A stretch of 64,000 nucleotides of DNA. Origin: Acidobacteriota bacterium. Lineage in GTDB: Bacteria; Acidobacteriota; JAAYUB01. Made by a program: the position numbers and the translations under genes. Of the stretch, positions 46,401-57,700 are shown one piece after another (the stretch's first letter is position 1; every line of letters starts with the position of its first letter). The stretch spans positions 8,511 through 72,510 of the forward strand of contig JAGNHB010000024.1 in NCBI GenBank assembly GCA_018001935.1, read 5' to 3'. The notes beneath the pieces were generated by a model. That model was not told the DNA's origin and did not search any database. It was given only the letters and a program-made list of their open reading frames with translations.

Positions 46401-48632
46401 TCAGTCGATCCGGCTCGAGAAACCGCCGCACCAGGCGTCGCGGAGGGTCATCACCTCGTCCACCAGGACGGTGTGGCCGTTCACGTGGACGATGAACTCG
46501 CCCGTGGTCACCTCCCCCACGACCTGGCAGGGGACCGACCGGCCGCGGGCGATCTCCAGGATCCGGGGAACGTGGCGGGGCTCGGCCGACAGGACGATCC
46601 GGCCCTGCGACTCGCCGAAGAGCAGGGCGTCGTCCCGGATCTCGGACTCGAGGGTCACCTCGCAGGCCACGTTGGGCAGGGGGCTGGCGAAGCAGCACTC
46701 GGCGAGGGCGACGGCGAGCCCGCCGTCGGAGACGTCGTGGCAGGAGGCCGGCAGCCCCTCGGCGGTCATGTCCAGCACCGCCTCCTGGAGCTTCCGCTCC
46801 GCGGCCAGATCGACGTCGGGGACGGGCCCCCACTTCTTCCCGTGCACCACCTCCAGGTACTCGGAGCCGCCCATCTCCTCGCGGGTTTCCCCCAGGAGGA
46901 TCACGGCGTGGCCGGGGGCCCTGAAGGCGATGTCCACGCAGCGGGAGACGTCGGGGATCAGCCCCACGACCCCCACCACCGGGGTCGGGAGGATCCGGCG
47001 CCCCAGGGTCTCGTTGTAGAGGCTCACGTTCCCGCCCGTGATGGGCGTCCCGAAGGCCTCGCAGGCCTCGGTGAGCCCGTCGATCACCTCCGAGAAGGCC
47101 CACATGGTCTCGGGATCTTCGGGGGAGGCGAAGTTGAGGCAGTTGGTGGCGGCGATGGGGCGGGCCCCGGCGCAGACCAGGTTCCGGCAGGCCTCCGCCA
47201 CCGCGATCATGGCCCCCCGCCTCGGGTCCAGCCACGTGTAGCGCCCGTTGCCGTCCAGGGTCATGGCCAGCCCGTCGGGACGGCCCTTGAGCCGCAGGAC
47301 CGCCGCGTCGCCGCCCGGCTGGAAGACGGTGTTGGTGCGCACCATGTGGTCGTACTGCTCCCAGACCCAGCGCTTGCAACAGAGGTTGGGGGCGGCCAGG
47401 AGGTTCTTGAGGACGCGGAGGAGGTTCGCCGGGAGGAAGACGGTCTCCGGCGTGGCCCGGTTGAGGGTGTCCAGCCGTTCGGGGCGCCGCATGGGGCGGC
47501 GGTAGAGGGGGGCGTCGTCGGTGAGGGCCCGGTTCGGGATGGCGGCCACCGTCTTTCCACCGTGCAGGACGTGCATGTGGCCGTCGTCGGTGACCTCGCC
47601 GATGGCCACCGCGTCCAGGTCCCACTTGCGGAAGACGGAGAGCACCGCCTCCTCGCGGCCTTTCTCGACGGTGAGCAGCATCCGTTCCTGGGACTCCGAC
47701 AGCATGATCTCGTACGAGGACATCCCCTCCTCGCGCTGGGGGACGCGGTCCAGCTCGATGCGGGTGCCGAGCCCGGCCCGGGCGCCCATCTCGCAGGTGG
47801 AACAGGTGAGCCCGGCGGCCCCCATGTCCTGGATCCCCACGATGGCGCCGGTCTTGAACGCCTCCAGGCAGGCCTCGAGGAGGAGCTTCTCCATGAAGGG
47901 GTCGCCCACCTGGACCGTGGGCCGCTTCTCCTGGGAACTCTCGTCAAACTCGGCGGAGGCCATGGTGGCCCCGTGGATGCCGTCGCGGCCCGTCTTCGAG
48001 CCGACGTAGATCACGGGGTTGCCCACGCCCTCGGCCTTGCCGTAGAAGATGCCGTCCCGCCGGGCGAGGCCGAGGCAGAACACGTTGACCAGCGGGTTTT
48101 CCGCGTAGCTCTCGTCGAACCAGGTCTCCCCGCCGACGGTGGGGATCCCCATGCAGTTGCCGTAGCCGGCGATGCCCGAGACCACCCCCTCGAGGATGTA
48201 GCGCGTCCGGGGGTCCATGATGGAGCCGAAGCGGAGGGAGTCCATGCAGGCCACCGGGCGGGCACCCATGGTGAAGATGTCGCGGATGATGCCGCCGACG
48301 CCCGTGGCCGCCCCCTGGTACGGCTCGATGAAGGACGGGTGGTTGTGGGACTCGATCTTGAAGACGGCCACCTCGCCGCCCCCGATGTCCACGACGCCGG
48401 CGTTCTCGCCCGGGCCCTGCACCACCCGCTCGCCCGTGGTGGGGAGGCGCTTGAGGTGGGCCCGGGAACTTTTGTAGGAGCAGTGCTCTGACCACATCAC
48501 CGAGAAGATCCCCAACTCGGTGAGGGTGGGCGTGCGGCCGAGGGTCTCCAGGATCCGGCCGTACTCTTCGGGCGTCAACCCGTGGGCGGCGATCTGTTCC
48601 GGGGTGAAGTCGCAGGCGTCTTCCGTCGTCAT
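46401..48632 (-). CDS. purL: phosphoribosylformylglycinamidine synthase subunit PurL (FGAM synthase II)
   Basis: Start [39 protein letters not shown]-synthase-related domains ([25 protein letters not shown] and a second repeat). Confidence 0.9.
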   Translation of the reverse strand: MTTEDACDFTPEQIAAHGLTPEEYGRILETLGRTPTLTELGIFSVMWSEHCSYKSSRAHLKRLPTTGERVVQGPGENAGVVDIGGGEVAVFKIESHNHPSFIEPYQGAATGVGGIIRDIFTMGARPVACMDSLRFGSIMDPRTRYILEGVVSGIAGYGNCMGIPTVGGETWFDESYAENPLVNVFCLGLARRDGIFYGKAEGVGNPVIYVGSKTGRDGIHGATMASAEFDESSQEKRPTVQVGDPFMEKLLLEACLEAFKTGAIVGIQDMGAAGLTCSTCEMGARAGLGTRIELDRVPQREEGMSSYEIMLSESQERMLLTVEKGREEAVLSVFRKWDLDAVAIGEVTDDGHMHVLHGGKTVAAIPNRALTDDAPLYRRPMRRPERLDTLNRATPETVFLPANLLRVLKNLLAAPNLCCKRWVWEQYDHMVRTNTVFQPGGDAAVLRLKGRPDGLAMTLDGNGRYTWLDPRRGAMIAVAEACRNLVCAGARPIAATNCLNFASPEDPETMWAFSEVIDGLTEACEAFGTPITGGNVSLYNETLGRRILPTPVVGVVGLIPDVSRCVDIAFRAPGHAVILLGETREEMGGSEYLEVVHGKKWGPVPDVDLAAERKLQEAVLDMTAEGLPASCHDVSDGGLAVALAECCFASPLPNVACEVTLESEIRDDALLFGESQGRIVLSAEPRHVPRILEIARGRSVPCQVVGEVTTGEFIVHVNGHTVLVDEVMTLRDAWCGGFSSRID

Positions 48633-48934
48633 TCCGGCCTCCGTCACGCGGGTTTTCACGCCGTCCCCGCGGGAATAACCGCCGCGCGGTTCGTAAGGAC
48701 GTGAGGCGCATTGTACCACCGGGAGCCGAAAGTCGGAACCCGTTTTCGATGTTTCCGTGACTTTGCGAGTCCATCAATATCAGTCACTCAAACGTATTGC
48801 CCTTATCTTGTTTTTATTCTACCTGTAGACAAGAATGCCGGCGTTCCCGAGAACGTGCTTCTTCAAAACATCGATCTGGTGATTTCGCGTGGAATCAGCG
48901 CTATCTATGGAATCTCGCTTGCAGTCAGCACGTC

Positions 48935-49441
48935 CTAATCCCGGGTGAGACTGTTGATCAGACTGACGGCTTCGGGGTAGCGGGCGCAGAGGTCGGCGCG
49001 GCGGCCGAGGGTGAAGTCGGCGACGTCGAAGCCGGGGGCCATCGTGGTGCCCATCAGGGCGAAGCGCCCGCCGGGGGCGAGCCGGCAGCCCTGCCAGGAA
49101 CCGGCGGGGACCACGAACTGGACCCGCTGCCCGCCGAGGATGTCCGGTCCTAGCGTGATGGTCTCGTGCCGGCCGTCGGGGTGCAGCAGGAGCATCTCCA
49201 CGGGGTCGCCCAGGTAGAAGTGGAAGATCTCGTCGCCGGCCACGGCGTGGAGGGCGGAGAAGCAGCCGGGCTCGGCGGTCAGGAGGAAGTGGATGGCCGT
49301 GCCCGCCTGCCGCGGCCCGCCGTAGCGCGCCGGCAGGTCGGCGGCGGGGATCGTGACGCCGGAGCGCCACGTCTCGGCGTAGAGCCCCCCCTCCTCGGGA
49401 AGGGGGACCAGCTTGAGGGCTTTGACGAGGTCGTCGATCAT
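48935..49441 (-). CDS. cupin-fold protein (DUF985 / YML079-like)
   Basis: Start MIDDLVKALKLVPLPEEGGLYAETWRS... Cupin strands ...AIHFLLTAEPGCFSALHAVAGDEIFHFYLGDPVEML. Confidence 0.5.
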   Translation of the reverse strand: MIDDLVKALKLVPLPEEGGLYAETWRSGVTIPAADLPARYGGPRQAGTAIHFLLTAEPGCFSALHAVAGDEIFHFYLGDPVEMLLLHPDGRHETITLGPDILGGQRVQFVVPAGSWQGCRLAPGGRFALMGTTMAPGFDVADFTLGRRADLCARYPEAVSLINSLTRD

Positions 49442-49508
49442 GGGGGCCTCCGCGAGAGAGTCGGGGGATTGTAGCACGGGAGGCAGAAGAGCGGGAAGGG
49501 GGAGACGG

Positions 49509-49800
49509 GAAAGGACGAAGGGACCAAAAGGACTAAAACGACCCAAAGGACGGCCAGGGGCGGGAAAAGGACATAAACGACGTAGAGCACGGCAAGGAGC
49601 GGGAGAGTGGCGACGGAGCCGCGAAAGAGGGCGGTCAATCAACCGGGGAAGATGGGCTAAGTGTCAGCGGGCGGCGGTCATCTGTCGGGGAAATATCGGC
49701 GAAGTGTCAGCGGGCGGCGGTTGAAAGCCTGGTACCCGGAAAGTGACATTCCTGCTGTCCTTTAGGTCCTTTAGGTCGTTTTGGTCCTTTCGTCCTTTAG
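49509..49800. repeat. family F5 arrays in inverted orientation (49509..49585 and 49756..49800), flanking two direct copies of AAGTGTCAGCGGGCGGCGG
   Basis: GGACGAAGGGACCAAAAGGACTAAAACGACCCAAAGGACGG (+) and CTGTCCTTTAGGTCCTTTAGGTCGTTTTGGTCCTTTCGTCCTTTAG (+). The second array lies immediately 3' of the ade stop. Confidence 0.7.
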
Positions 49801-51509
49801 TCGAGGAACAACGGCACGGGGCGGAACAGGCCCACGTCCACCAGGCCGCGGTCGGTGAGCTTCAGTTCGGGGATCACCGGCAGGGCCAGGAAGGAGAGGG
49901 TCATCATGGGGTCCTCCAGGACGCAGCCCAGCCCCCGGGCGGCGTCGTAGATCGCCCGGCTGCGCTCCAGGACCACCTCCAGCGAGCGGTCCGACATCAG
50001 CCCGGCGATGGGGAGCGGCTGGTTGGCCAGGACCTTCCCCTTCGCCACGACGGCCTGGCCGCCGCGCAGGCGGACCACCTCGATCACCGCCGTCAGCATG
50101 TCGTGGTCGTCGGCCCCCACCACCACGATGTTGTGGGAGTCGTGGGCCACGCTGGACGCCATGGCGCCGCCCCGCAGGCCCACCCCCTCCACGAAGCCGA
50201 TCCCCACGTTGCCGGTCCCCAGGTGGCGCTCCACCACGGCCATCTTCAGGAGGTTGCGCCCGGGGTCGGCCACGGCCAACCCGTTCTCGACCGTGAGCTG
50301 GCGCTCGAGCGCCCGCGTGACGATCTGCCCGGGGACCACCCCGATCACCCGCGCCCGGGCCGCCTTCCCTTCCGGGGCCCTCACCTCCAGGTCGAGCCGG
50401 GGCCAGTCCACGGTCATGGTGCCCCGGATTTCCGTGGACGCCGCCCCCGGCCCGTCGACGAGGTAGCGCCCCCCCTCGGCCACCTTCCGCCCGTTCTTGT
50501 AGACGGAGTGCACCGCGAAGGTCTCCAGGTCGTCCAGGAGGAGGAAGTCGGCGCGGTATCCGGGGGCCACGGCCCCGAGGTCCCGGAAGCCGAAGTAGCG
50601 GGCCGTGTTGATGGACGCCAGCTGGACGGCCGTCACGGGAGGCAGCCCCTTCCGGATGGCGGTCCGGACCAGGTGGTCCATGTGGCCCTCGAAGAGGAGA
50701 TCGTAGGGGTGCCGGTCGTCGGTGCAGAAGCTGAAGCGGGGGGCCGACTCCGGCGTGACCAGCGGCAGCAGCGCCTCGAGGTTGCGGGCCGAGGACCCCT
50801 CCCGGATCATGAGGTGCAGGCCCACCGCCAGCTTCTCGGCGGCCTCCTCCAGCTCGGTGCACTCGTGGTCGGAGCCGATCCCGGCGGCCACGTAGGCGGC
50901 CAGGTCGCGGCCCCGCAGCCCCGGCGCGTGGCCGTCCTTGGGGAGCCTGCCGGCGGTCTCCAGCTTGGAGAGCACCTCGGGCGAGCGGTGGATGACGCCG
51001 GGGAAGTTCATCATTTCCGCCAGGCCCACCACCCGCGGGTGGCCGATGAGCAGCGCCAGGTCCCCGGCGGTGAGGCGGGCCCCGGAGGTCTCCATGTCCG
51101 TGGCGGGGACACAGGAGGAGAGGAGGAAGTAGACGTCCAGGGGGAGGCCCTCGCTGGCGTGGATCATGTAGCGGATCCCCTCGAGGCCCAGGACGTTGGC
51201 GATCTCGTGGGGGTCCGTGAAGATGGTGGTGGTGCCGCGGGGCACCACGGCCCGGGCGTACTCCGGGACGGTGACCATGGAACTCTCCACGTGGACGTGG
51301 GCGTCCATGAGCCCGGGGCAGACCCAGCGGCCCGCCGCGTCCACCACCTCCTTCGCGGGGTAGTCGCCGAAGCCGGCGACCCGGCCGTCGCTCACGGCGA
51401 CGTCGGCCTCGTGGATGCGCCCCGACAGGACGTTCACCAGCTTCGCCCCGCGGACGAGCAGGTCCGCCTCCTTTTCCCCCCGCGCCGCCCTGATCCGTTC
51501 CTCCAGCAT
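49797..51509 (-). CDS. ade: adenine deaminase
   Basis: Start MLEERIRAARGEKEADLLVRGAKLVNV. Amidohydrolase metal motifs GLMDAHVHVESSM and SDHE. The length and EMMNFPGV segment match the Ade family. Confidence 0.75.
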   Translation of the reverse strand: MLEERIRAARGEKEADLLVRGAKLVNVLSGRIHEADVAVSDGRVAGFGDYPAKEVVDAAGRWVCPGLMDAHVHVESSMVTVPEYARAVVPRGTTTIFTDPHEIANVLGLEGIRYMIHASEGLPLDVYFLLSSCVPATDMETSGARLTAGDLALLIGHPRVVGLAEMMNFPGVIHRSPEVLSKLETAGRLPKDGHAPGLRGRDLAAYVAAGIGSDHECTELEEAAEKLAVGLHLMIREGSSARNLEALLPLVTPESAPRFSFCTDDRHPYDLLFEGHMDHLVRTAIRKGLPPVTAVQLASINTARYFGFRDLGAVAPGYRADFLLLDDLETFAVHSVYKNGRKVAEGGRYLVDGPGAASTEIRGTMTVDWPRLDLEVRAPEGKAARARVIGVVPGQIVTRALERQLTVENGLAVADPGRNLLKMAVVERHLGTGNVGIGFVEGVGLRGGAMASSVAHDSHNIVVVGADDHDMLTAVIEVVRLRGGQAVVAKGKVLANQPLPIAGLMSDRSLEVVLERSRAIYDAARGLGCVLEDPMMTLSFLALPVIPELKLTDRGLVDVGLFRPVPLFLD

Positions 51510-51620
51510 GTCTTCCTCTCCTGGCCCGATGTCGAAAACCGTTATACACCACTGAAGGCTAAAAACAGCTGGGATATTATCTCCGGGTGGAACACGGTTC
51601 ACCCTGGATGGCGGGGGTCA

Positions 51621-51899
51621 TGAACCACTAATAACACTAATATTCACTAATGATTTCGGAGACCCGGGGGGTGGGTTTCGAGGCGTTGGGGAATTTCCGG
51701 GGTCAGGCCCCGGGTTCGCATGTCCGCCCGAGGGACCATCAACATCGGAAAACCGTCACGATCGACTTGAATATCACACATTAGAGATACGGGATTTCGA
51801 GTAGTGTAATTTCCTGGTTAATCTCACGCCTTGTAAAGCGGCGCCACTTTCTGCGTTGCCGCCGAAATTAGTGAGAATTAGTGTTATTAGTGGTTGATG
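51621..51899. mobile_element. MITE-like non-autonomous element (~280 nt) bounded by ~38-nt terminal inverted repeats made of three CACTAAT direct repeats
   Basis: Left TIR CAACCACTAATAACACTAATATTCACTAATGATTTCGG. The right end reverse-complements to CAACCACTAATAACACTAATTCTCACTAATTTCGGC. The interior is lower GC and non-coding. The right TIR encodes the last 8 codons and the stop of uvrC. Confidence 0.6.
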
Positions 51900-53724
51900 T
51901 TCCGGGGTCTTCGAGGTGGAGGGCGCGGTGGACGGCCGGGCCGAGGCGGGGGCCGAGTTCGCGGGCGAGGGCGTCGGCGCCGGCGGCCAGGACCGCGTCC
52001 GTGGATCCGAAAGCCTTGACCAGGCGCTGTTTCCGGGAGGGGCCGAGGCCGGGGACGGCATCGAGGGGGGAGACGAAGGCGGCCTTCTTCCGCCGCTTGC
52101 GGTGGTAGGCGACGGCGAAGCGGTGGGCCTCGTCGCGGAGGCGTTGCAGGAGCCGGAGGGCGGGCGAGGAGCGGGGGAGCCGCAGGGGCTCGGCGCCGCC
52201 GGGCCGGTGGATCTCCTCCTCCCGCTTGGCCAGCCCGCAGAGGGGCAGGACGCCGGCCAGGCCGAGGCCGGCCAGGGCCTCCGCGGCCGCGGAGACCTGC
52301 CCGGCCCCGCCGTCCACCAGGACGAGGTCGGGGAGCGGTTTCCCCTCCTCCCGGAGGCGGGCGTAGCGCCGCCCCACCACCTCCCGCATGGCCGCGAAAT
52401 CGTCAGGCGCGCTCCCGTCCGACGCGCGGACCCGGAATCGCCGGTAGCCGGACCGGAAGGGTTTCCCGTCCCGGGCGCTGACCAAAGAGGCCACCGTCTC
52501 GCGCCCCTGCAGGGTGGAGACGTCGAAGGCCTCCACCACCCGCGGGGGGCGCGCCAGGCCCAGGATGCCCTGGAGGGCCGTGACGCCGTCGTCGGGGGAG
52601 CCGGCCGAGGGAAAGCGCAGGAAGAGGGCCTGGCGGGCGTTGCGCAGCGCCAGGTCCACCAGGCGGCGGTCGGCGCCCCGTTTCGGGACGCGCAGTGACA
52701 CGGGCGCCTCCCGCTGGCGGGTCAGCCACTCCACCAACCCCTCCGGGTCGTCCGCCTCCACCGGCAGGAGGATGCGGGGGGGGACCGTGTCGCGCCGGGC
52801 GTAGAAGCGGGCCAGGAACTCCGCCAGGAAGGCGCCGTCGGGGGAGGGCGGCTCGTCCTCCCAGGTGTACTGGCCCCGGTCGCAGACCTTGCCGCCCTTC
52901 ACGTGAAAGACCTGGACCGAGGCGCACTCCCCGGCCCGGGCCAGGCCGAAGACGTCCAGGTCCCCCGACCCCGTGGACACCACCCGCTGCTGAAGCGAGA
53001 GCTCACGCAGCGCAGACAGCCGGTCCCGCAGGACCGCCGCGGTCTCGAACTCGAGGGCGTCGGCCGCCCGGTGCATCTCCGACTCCAGGCGGCCGGTCAG
53101 TTCCTCGTCCTTCCCCTCCAGGAAGAGGACCGCCTCCTCCACGCTCCGGCGGTAGCGGTCCGCGGTGCAGAGCCGCTCCACGCAGGGGGCCAGGCAGCGG
53201 TGGATGTGGTAGTCGATGCAGCAGGGCCGGTCGGCGCGCCCGTCGATGGTTTTCCGGCAGGTTCGGACGCCGAAGCAGCGGCGGACGACGTCGAGGAGGC
53301 TGCGGGCCCGCCACGCCGACAGGAAGGGCCCGAACAAGCGGGAACCGTCGGGCCGGGGGCGCCGGACCAGGGTCAGGCGCGGGAAGGGCTCCGGAAGCGT
53401 CAGGCGCAGGTAGGGGAATGACTTGTCGTCCCGCAACTGGAGGTTGAACCGGGGGCGGTGCGCCCGGACCAGGTTGCTCTCCAGGAGGAAGGCCTCGTAC
53501 TCGCTGGCGGTGACGATGTACTCGACGTCCCGGATCTCCGCGACGAGCCGGGCGGTCTTGGGGTCCGCCGGCCGGCTGTCCTGGAAGTACGTACGGACCC
53601 GGTTCCGGAGGTTCTTCGCCTTGCCGACGTAGACGACGGTCCCCGCGGCGTCCCGGTAGAGGTAGCAACCGGGGGACGCCGGCGCCCCGCGGACCTTGTC
53701 GGCCAGTTTCCCCTCATCGCTCAT
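51868..53724 (-). CDS. uvrC: excinuclease ABC subunit C
   Basis: GIY-YIG N-terminus (GCYLYRDAAGTVVYVGKAKNLRNRVRTYF), UvrBC-interaction region, RNase H-like and C-terminal HhH. The last 8 codons (TTNNTNSH*) and the stop lie inside the terminal inverted repeat of a MITE-like element. Confidence 0.9.
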   Translation of the reverse strand: MSDEGKLADKVRGAPASPGCYLYRDAAGTVVYVGKAKNLRNRVRTYFQDSRPADPKTARLVAEIRDVEYIVTASEYEAFLLESNLVRAHRPRFNLQLRDDKSFPYLRLTLPEPFPRLTLVRRPRPDGSRLFGPFLSAWRARSLLDVVRRCFGVRTCRKTIDGRADRPCCIDYHIHRCLAPCVERLCTADRYRRSVEEAVLFLEGKDEELTGRLESEMHRAADALEFETAAVLRDRLSALRELSLQQRVVSTGSGDLDVFGLARAGECASVQVFHVKGGKVCDRGQYTWEDEPPSPDGAFLAEFLARFYARRDTVPPRILLPVEADDPEGLVEWLTRQREAPVSLRVPKRGADRRLVDLALRNARQALFLRFPSAGSPDDGVTALQGILGLARPPRVVEAFDVSTLQGRETVASLVSARDGKPFRSGYRRFRVRASDGSAPDDFAAMREVVGRRYARLREEGKPLPDLVLVDGGAGQVSAAAEALAGLGLAGVLPLCGLAKREEEIHRPGGAEPLRLPRSSPALRLLQRLRDEAHRFAVAYHRKRRKKAAFVSPLDAVPGLGPSRKQRLVKAFGSTDAVLAAGADALARELGPRLGPAVHRALHLEDPGTSTTNNTNSH

Positions 53725-53782
53725 GTCCGGTCCTTCTCCCTTCGCCGCCCCGCCTTCCGGACCGGCGGGGAAGCGAAAATGA

Positions 53783-53945
53783 AACCACGGATGAAGCCAC
53801 GGATAAAATCACGGATGAACACGGATGAACACGGATGAACACGGATCATCACGGACAGCGCCCTCGAGCGCATCCATCGATTTTCAGCGCCTCGCACAGA
53901 GTTCCCGTGTCCATCCGTGTCCATCCGTGGTTCCCGTGTTCATCC
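53783..53945. repeat. family F6: short (8-10-nt) direct-repeat arrays of CACGGATGA-type units arranged as inverted blocks
   Basis: AAACCACGGATGAAGCCACGGATAAAATCACGGATGAACACGGATGAACACGGATGAACACGGATCATCACGGAC, then an inverted block GTTCCCGTGTCCATCCGTGTCCATCCGTGGTTCCCGTGTTCATCC. The 10-nt period equals one helical turn. Located upstream of uvrC. Confidence 0.7.
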
Positions 53946-54503
53946 CTGGCGCGGATCGCTCCGGGCCCGGTCCGGCGCCCGCCCGAGCCACCCTTCGGCA
54001 TGGACCCTGGCGGGGTCGTACTTCTCCTTCAGCAGCCCCTCCTCCGCGGGGTACCCGATGGCGAGGACACTGTGGGGGACGACGGTCCCCGGCAGGTGAA
54101 AGAGGTCCGAAATGCCCTGCATCCGGTCGGCGCGCGGGAAGACCCCCAGCCACACCCCGCCGAGACCGTGGGCGTGGGCGGCCAGCAGGACGTTCTCGCA
54201 GGCGGCGGCACAGTCGATGACCCAGAAGAGGGGCTTGTCCTCGTCCATGGACCGCTCGGTGTTCCCGCACACCACCAGGCCCAGGGCGGCCTGGGGGAGC
54301 ATCTTCCCGTGGGGGATGACCCCGGCGAGGGCCTCGAGGGTCGCCTTCCGGGTGACCGTGATGAAGTCCCACGGCTGAAGGTTCCGGGCCGAGGGGGCTG
54401 CCATGCCCGCCATCAGCAGGGACCGGACCAGCCCGTCGCCGACCGGCTCGTCGCGGAATTTCCGGATGCTGCGCCGGGTCAGGATCGCGTCGAGACATTC
54501 CAT
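53940..54503 (-). CDS. nitroreductase family protein
   Basis: MECLDAILTRRSIRKFRDEPV...APSARNLQPWDFIT is a classical NfsB/NfnB-like N-terminus. Confidence 0.7.
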   Translation of the reverse strand: MECLDAILTRRSIRKFRDEPVGDGLVRSLLMAGMAAPSARNLQPWDFITVTRKATLEALAGVIPHGKMLPQAALGLVVCGNTERSMDEDKPLFWVIDCAAACENVLLAAHAHGLGGVWLGVFPRADRMQGISDLFHLPGTVVPHSVLAIGYPAEEGLLKEKYDPARVHAEGWLGRAPDRARSDPRQG

Positions 54504-54711
54504 GCGTCACCTCCGCTTCCGAAATCGCCCCATTCTACCTCGGAACCCGTCGACGCCAAAGCCTTACCGACGGTCCGCGCACCGCCGGCCGGGGTCGGGC
54601 GGCCCCGGCCGCTTTCGCCTTGTCATGGGGTGGGGGCGTGGTATAATCGGCTTGCGAACCGACGCACGCTCGAACCGTAAAAGGCATGTTGGGTACAGGG
54701 GTGATTTTTTG

Positions 54712-57700
54712 ATGGAAGAAATCCAGCAACAGACCATTAACGATTTCCTCTCCTTCCTGGCGGGGAATCAGGCGCCGGCCCTGGTGGGGAGTTCGCTGGC
54801 CAAGGTGATGCGGACGGACGTGCAGACGATCTCCCGCATCGTGGTGAGCTGGGCTTCGCGGGTGAAGACCGGCGCCTTCGAGGACATCGTCCTGCAGGCC
54901 CGGCGCAAGGTCTTCGACATCTTCTTCTTCCGCATCGTTCCCCCGGCGAGGATCTACGACTTCTTCCCCAAGTTCGAGAAGCTCCTGATCGCGCTCTGCC
55001 CGACCCCCTACCAGCAGGGTCTGGAGGCGAAGTTTGCCGCCCAGCCCTGGCAGAACCTGCGGCCCATTGCCGACCTGGACCGCATGCCCCTCTTCGCCGT
55101 CACCACCCGGAACAAGATCGAGGTGAAGGCCGACGGGTTCAACGAGGACGTCTACAAGAACGTCACCCACAACCTCCTCTCCGCGAAGAGCCGCTACGTC
55201 TTTCCCGACGCGGCGACCAGCGAGATGGTGGCGGAGCACTCGGCGAAGATCAACTACATCTTCCAGAACTTCGTCGACCAGGTCCGGGACCGCCACACCC
55301 GCGAGGAGATCGCCATCTCCAACGAGGCGGACAAGGACGCCGTCTACGAGGTCCCGACCCGGTTCAGCTTCGAGGACTACTTCCTCCAGTCCGTGGACCT
55401 GGCGGTGGCCTTCTTCAACGACGAGTACCTTTTCCACAGCGTCCGCATGATGGACCTCGTCACGGAACTGGCGGAGAAGAACAAGTACGACCTGGCCAAC
55501 AGCGTCCCGTTCCAGTCCAAGCACAAGTACTTCAGCGCCGCCAAGATCGAGGACTACATCACGTCCCGGACCAACCGCGTCCTGGTGCGCCGCCTGATCG
55601 GCTGGTTCGAGGAGTGGCAGCCCGCCCGGCTCATGCAGCTGCTGCGCGGGGAGGACAACCGGCGAACCCGCCGAACGCTGTTCAACATCCTGGAGTGCTA
55701 CGGGTCGAGCCTGTACTCCCAACTGCTGGAGGAACTCGGTTTGTGCAAGCCCGGCTCGGCCTGGCAACACGCCCACGGCCTGATCTCCCTGCTGGGGCGG
55801 CTCGTCCCGCCGAGCCCCGCCTCCGCCAAGCTGGCGACCGACCTGATCGAGCCCCACCTGAACCCGCGATCCTCCCACGCGCTGAACATGCAGTGCATCG
55901 CCACGCTGGTGCACATCGGGACCGACCACGCCGTCAGCGGCCTCGGCCTGAAGCTGGACGAGTTCAGCCAGTCATCGGCGGAGGGCGCCATGGAAGTCGC
56001 CCACCGCATCGCCATCTCCCTCCTGGGCATCGGGAGCGGCAAGAACCTGGAGAAAGCCTTCACCCACCTCTTCAAGGAGTGGAGCGACGAGATCGCCGAG
56101 CAGGTCTCCCAGAGCCTCCTCTCCCCGGCGGCGGTGGAGCCGGCCGCCCAGTTCATCCGGAAAGAGCTCCGGAAGCTGAAGATGACGTTCAACTTCCTGG
56201 GCGACGAGGACAGGGTGGGCAGTCTCCTCAAGGCCCTTTCCTCCTCGCAGTCCGCGGAGGTGATCCTCCTCTGCCGGGAGATCCGCAAGACCCTGTCGCC
56301 CCGCCACAAGCTCGCCGTCCTCGCCGAGGAGGTCCTGGCCCGGGCCTCCGAGCCCGGCTCGTCGCTGGTGGCGGACATCCACCTGAACCAGCCGGCCCTG
56401 GAGAAGAACGTCCCCGAAATGCTCTTCCACATCCACGACGCGAAGATGGACGGGACCTTCCAGGTGAAGGACTCCCGGGGCCTGAATGCGACCCTGGACT
56501 TTGAAAAAGGCGACCTGGTCCACGCCGAAATCACGCCCGTGGACATGGACCGCGACAACGTGTTCTACTGGGCCTTCCTCCTCGAGCCCCGCGACGTGGA
56601 GTTGATCGTCTTCCGGCGGCCGGCGGAGGACGCGGCCCGGCCCGAGCGGCCCCCGCAGGAGGGGCTGCCGACGCCGCTCCTGCTCAAGGAAGCCCTCCTG
56701 CAGCGCGGGGAGGTCCGGCAGATGTCGGGGGCCATCCTGCTCCCCGAGTCCCGATTCTGCCGACGGCCCGCGGCCGAGGTGGCACTCCGGTTCCGGGGGG
56801 CCGAGGACCCCGACCACTGCATGCGGGTCTGGGAGGCGCTGGAGAAGCACCCCGACATCCCCACCCTCCAGGAGGTCACCCAGCTCAGCAAGTACGACCT
56901 GTACAAGATCCTCTTCTTCATGATCCGCAAGGGCCTGGCCGCCCTCTACACCGACGCCCGGCCGTCCGAGAAGAGCACCGTGGACGAAGGGCTCGCCATG
57001 CTCGACGAGTACCTCGGCCGCATCGCCGCCCGCCCGGTGCTCTTCAACCTGTACCGCGCCGCCTCGCAGCTGTGCGGGAGCCTCGCCGAATCCTCGGCCG
57101 ACGGCACCGTCAAGGGGGCGATGAACGTCCTGGGGCGGTATTTCTCCGACGCCTGGGCCCAGCACCAGGTCTTCACCGAGACCAACCTGGACCTCTGCGC
57201 CCAGGTGGCGGGCCTCGTGGGGCTCTATGTCGCCAAGCCGTCCGGGGAGAACCGGAACGCCCTGCTCGACTACGTCCGGTTCGCCTTCGAGGAGACCATC
57301 GCCGCCGAGCCGGCCGCCCCCCCCGCGGAGGCCGCCCCGACTCCCCTCCAGGCCCTGGAGAGCATCGAACTGGGTTCCGACGCTTTCGACGAGGGGATCG
57401 ACATCCTGTTCAACGACGAGTCGGTGGGCGATTTCCTCGGGGAGCTGGACCGGGCCTTCAGCGGGGGCGGGGCCGGGGAGGGCGTCGGCACGGGCGCGCG
57501 GGCGGCCTCCATGACCGCGGCGGAAGAAGAGATGCTCATGGAACTCTACGACCACATCGCGTCGGCCTACGTCAAACCGCTCAAGGACTTCATCCGGGAG
57601 ATCAAGCTGAACAGCCGGATCAGCAAGCCCGTCTCCGCCAGCTGGCTCGAGATCGTCGAGCCGTCGCTTCGGCTCCTCCTGGGCTCGGCGGAGAAGATGG

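Noticed and set aside
48633-48934. Low-GC leader upstream of purL considered as a ZTP (pfl) or purine riboswitch
   Set aside because: I could not find the conserved ZTP elements (GGGTCGTGAC...CCGCCTGGGCA) or the purine-riboswitch junction nucleotides in either strand. Only a low-GC promoter-like region remains. It would need an Rfam/cmscan run to exclude a riboswitch fully.
48711-48938. 75-aa plus-strand ORF in the purL-cupin intergenic region
   Set aside because: Low-GC non-coding leader. Its codon usage is unlike genuine genes here, it has no ATG start context or motif, and it overlaps the likely purL promoter.
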